DNA from: Candidatus Saccharimonadales bacterium | GTDB lineage: Bacteria > Patescibacteriota > Saccharimonadia > Saccharimonadales > UBA4665 | NCBI GenBank assembly: GCA_039930145.1 | Contig: JBDSPW010000007.1 | Location: 22,383 to 86,382, forward strand | Direction: 5' to 3' | Length of the DNA: 64,000 nt | In this document: positions 62,310 through 64,000 of the stretch, piece by piece | Layout of the letters: each line of letters begins with the position of its first letter | Position numbering within the stretch: position 1 is the first letter of the stretch | Position numbers and translations under genes: made by a program | The notes under the pieces: generated by a model | Told to the model about the DNA's origin: nothing | Seen by the model: the letters and a program-made list of their open reading frames with translations, nothing else | Database searches by the model: none

Positions 62310-62409
62310 AACGTGCTCCTTGTGCTTTTACACCTTAAAGTATGCCAAAAAGCTCATGTTCTGGCTGTAAAATTCTCCACGTCAAAATTCATCCAACTGG
62401 TATACAGGG

Positions 62410-64000
62410 CTACAGTTCGCCCCAGTTGTCGCCGATGGTGGTATCGACAGTAAGCTTTACGGGTAGTTCGTAGATGTTTTCCATGACATCCTGCAGGAGT
62501 TTGGCGACACGGTCAGCGACTTCTGCCGGACACTCAACCAGGATAGAGTCATGAATCTGCAATAATTGCTGGCAATTGTTGTGTTGGGCTTTGAGCTGCT
62601 TGTCGACTTCGGCCATAGCCAGCTTCATTAGGTCGGCTTCGGTGCCCTGGATGGGCATGTTAATGGCGGCGCGCTCAGCGCCCGCACGGACCATGAAGTT
62701 TGTGGAATGTATATCGGGCATTGGGCGGCGGCGGCCAAATAACGTCTCGACATAGCCTTCTTTGCGAGCAAACTCCTTGATGCTGTCCATGTAGTCGAAC
62801 AACGGTTTGCGGAGTTCTTTGTATTTCTCGATAAAGTTCGTGGCTTGTTCGTAGTTCATGTTGGCGGCAACGGCCAGGCCATGCGGGCTCATACCATACA
62901 AAATACCGAAGTTGATTACTTTAGCGGCCCGGCGCATTTGTTTTGTCACATCTTCTAGTTCCCGGCCGTGCACCTGTGCCGCCGTGGCAGTATGGACATC
63001 AACACCACGGTTGAACATATCGATAAGCTCGGTGTCTTTGGCGAGTACGGCGGCTAGCCGTAGTTCGAACTGGCTGTAGTCGGCACTGACCAGCTTATTC
63101 CCCTTACCGGCGACAAATGCCGTACGGATACGACGGCCAAGATCGGTACGGGTCGGGATGTTCTGCAAGTTCGGGTCGTTGCTGCTGAGGCGCCCGGTCT
63201 GGGCAGTCACCAGGTTAAACGTCGTATGCAACCGTGAGTTTTCGTCGACCTGTGTTGGCAAGGTATCGACGTAGGTGTTCTTGAGTTTAGCGACTTCGCG
63301 GTACTGGGTGATAAGGTCGATAATCGGATGTTTACCGCGCAGCTTGTCGAGCTCGCTCGCCGCGGTGCTATAGCCAGTCTTACCTTTTTTGATTCCCTGC
63401 TTTGGCAGATCTAATTTTTCAAAAAGTATTTCGGCCAGCTGCGATGGACTAGCAATATTGAATTCTTGGTCGGCATAGCCGTAAATTTGTTGCTCGAAGT
63501 CCGAAATAGCATCTTTGATTTCGACGCTGAATTGTTTTAAGTATTCACTATCGAGTTGGATACCTTCGTACTCCATGTGCGCCAGTACCGGGATAACCGG
63601 CCACTCGATATCACTCACTAGACTAGGGAACTTAGGTACGGCTTTCAGTTCAGTTCTTTGCTGTTTGGTCAGCGCACGAATGACGGCCACGATTTCACCC
63701 GCCCGGGCACAAAATTCGTCGTCGTCGAGCTCGTCGAGCGACGAGCCATCATAGCCAAGTTCGCTGGCCGCTAAATCATGCAGTGTTTGTTCACGGCGCA
63801 GACAGTTCAGCACAAACGCCGCCACTTGCACATCGTGGCCGATGCCCCCAAAGTCCAGGCCTAGCTCGTACCCAATCTTGATGACAGACTTCAGATCGTA
63901 GCCAACTTTGGCGACATCCGGGTCGGTGAACACGCCGCCTATAGCCTCTTTGACTGCTGTCTTCGAAAGTTTTGATACCCGCAGCACATAGCTCGTGTTG
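62410..64000 (-). CDS. polA: DNA polymerase I (exonuclease-like region plus polymerase domain); the 5' end lies beyond the window
   Basis: Family-A motifs: DYSQFELRLAA (motif A), RRAAKVINFGILYGMS (motif B) and LQIHDSILVE (motif C). The reading frame stays open upstream of 63987 to the window edge. Confidence 0.93.
   Translation of the reverse strand, partial: NTSYVLRVSKLSKTAVKEAIGGVFTDPDVAKVGYDLKSVIKIGYELGLDFGGIGHDVQVAAFVLNCLRREQTLHDLAASELGYDGSSLDELDDDEFCARAGEIVAVIRALTKQQRTELKAVPKFPSLVSDIEWPVIPVLAHMEYEGIQLDSEYLKQFSVEIKDAISDFEQQIYGYADQEFNIASPSQLAEILFEKLDLPKQGIKKGKTGYSTAASELDKLRGKHPIIDLITQYREVAKLKNTYVDTLPTQVDENSRLHTTFNLVTAQTGRLSSNDPNLQNIPTRTDLGRRIRTAFVAGKGNKLVSADYSQFELRLAAVLAKDTELIDMFNRGVDVHTATAAQVHGRELEDVTKQMRRAAKVINFGILYGMSPHGLAVAANMNYEQATNFIEKYKELRKPLFDYMDSIKEFARKEGYVETLFGRRRPMPDIHSTNFMVRAGAERAAINMPIQGTEADLMKLAMAEVDKQLKAQHNNCQQLLQIHDSILVECPAEVADRVAKLLQDVMENIYELPVKLTVDTTIGDNWGEL

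Noticed and set aside
1-64000. CRISPR arrays, rRNA genes, transposases or prophage genes, and alternative genetic code
   Set aside because: Reading both strands, I saw no regularly spaced direct repeats, no rRNA-like conserved blocks and no transposase, integrase or capsid-like ORFs beyond the Xer recombinase. Long conserved genes (pnp, ftsK, rnj, polA) are uninterrupted with standard stops, so code 11 fits and recoding of UGA is unnecessary.

Overview
This 64-kb window is gene-dense, sits at roughly 50% G+C by eye, and is transcribed almost entirely from the minus strand. Its content fits a small-genome monoderm bacterium, probably a CPR/Patescibacteria (Saccharibacteria-like) lineage; that assignment is inference only. 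Evidence for it: a complete secretin-less type IV pilus cluster (pilM-N-O-B-T-C-A-D plus minor pilins), compact housekeeping operons, many secreted or membrane-anchored orphan proteins, and standard stop codons (code 11). Confident housekeeping calls are nrdR, ndk, xerC/D, ychF, efp, tlyA, rpsR, ssb, rpsF, ftsK, RNase J, a family-4 UDG, pnp, rpsO, truB, rpsT, holA, a fused otsA-otsB, mutM and polA (runs off the window end), plus a Crp-family regulator, NUDIX and HAD hydrolases, and five CCA-encoding tRNAs (Val, Gly, Thr, Asp, Arg). The main signal is three short high-G+C islands, with sampled 60-nt lines at 62-67% G+C against 40-52% in flanking lines. Island 1 (about 22.5-24.7 kb) carries an LAxTG-like surface protein plus a sortase, is bracketed by a 15-bp inverted repeat, and lies directly upstream of the pilus supercluster. 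Island 2 (about 33.6-34.5 kb) is a single orphan gene. Island 3 (about 46.9-47.95 kb) is three orphan ORFs. Islands 2 and 3 each sit behind a low-GC canonical sigma70-type promoter. Other points worth a second look: a three-member family of membrane-anchored beta-helix proteins sharing an N-terminal module; two orphan genes splitting the truB-rpsO-pnp block; a candidate atypical RNase P RNA whose 5' end lies in a 68-bp element duplicated 6.7 kb away; a G-quadruplex motif at an island edge; tRNA-Asp fragments; and ORF-free structured regions bounded by promoters and terminators. No rRNA, CRISPR array or transposase was seen.
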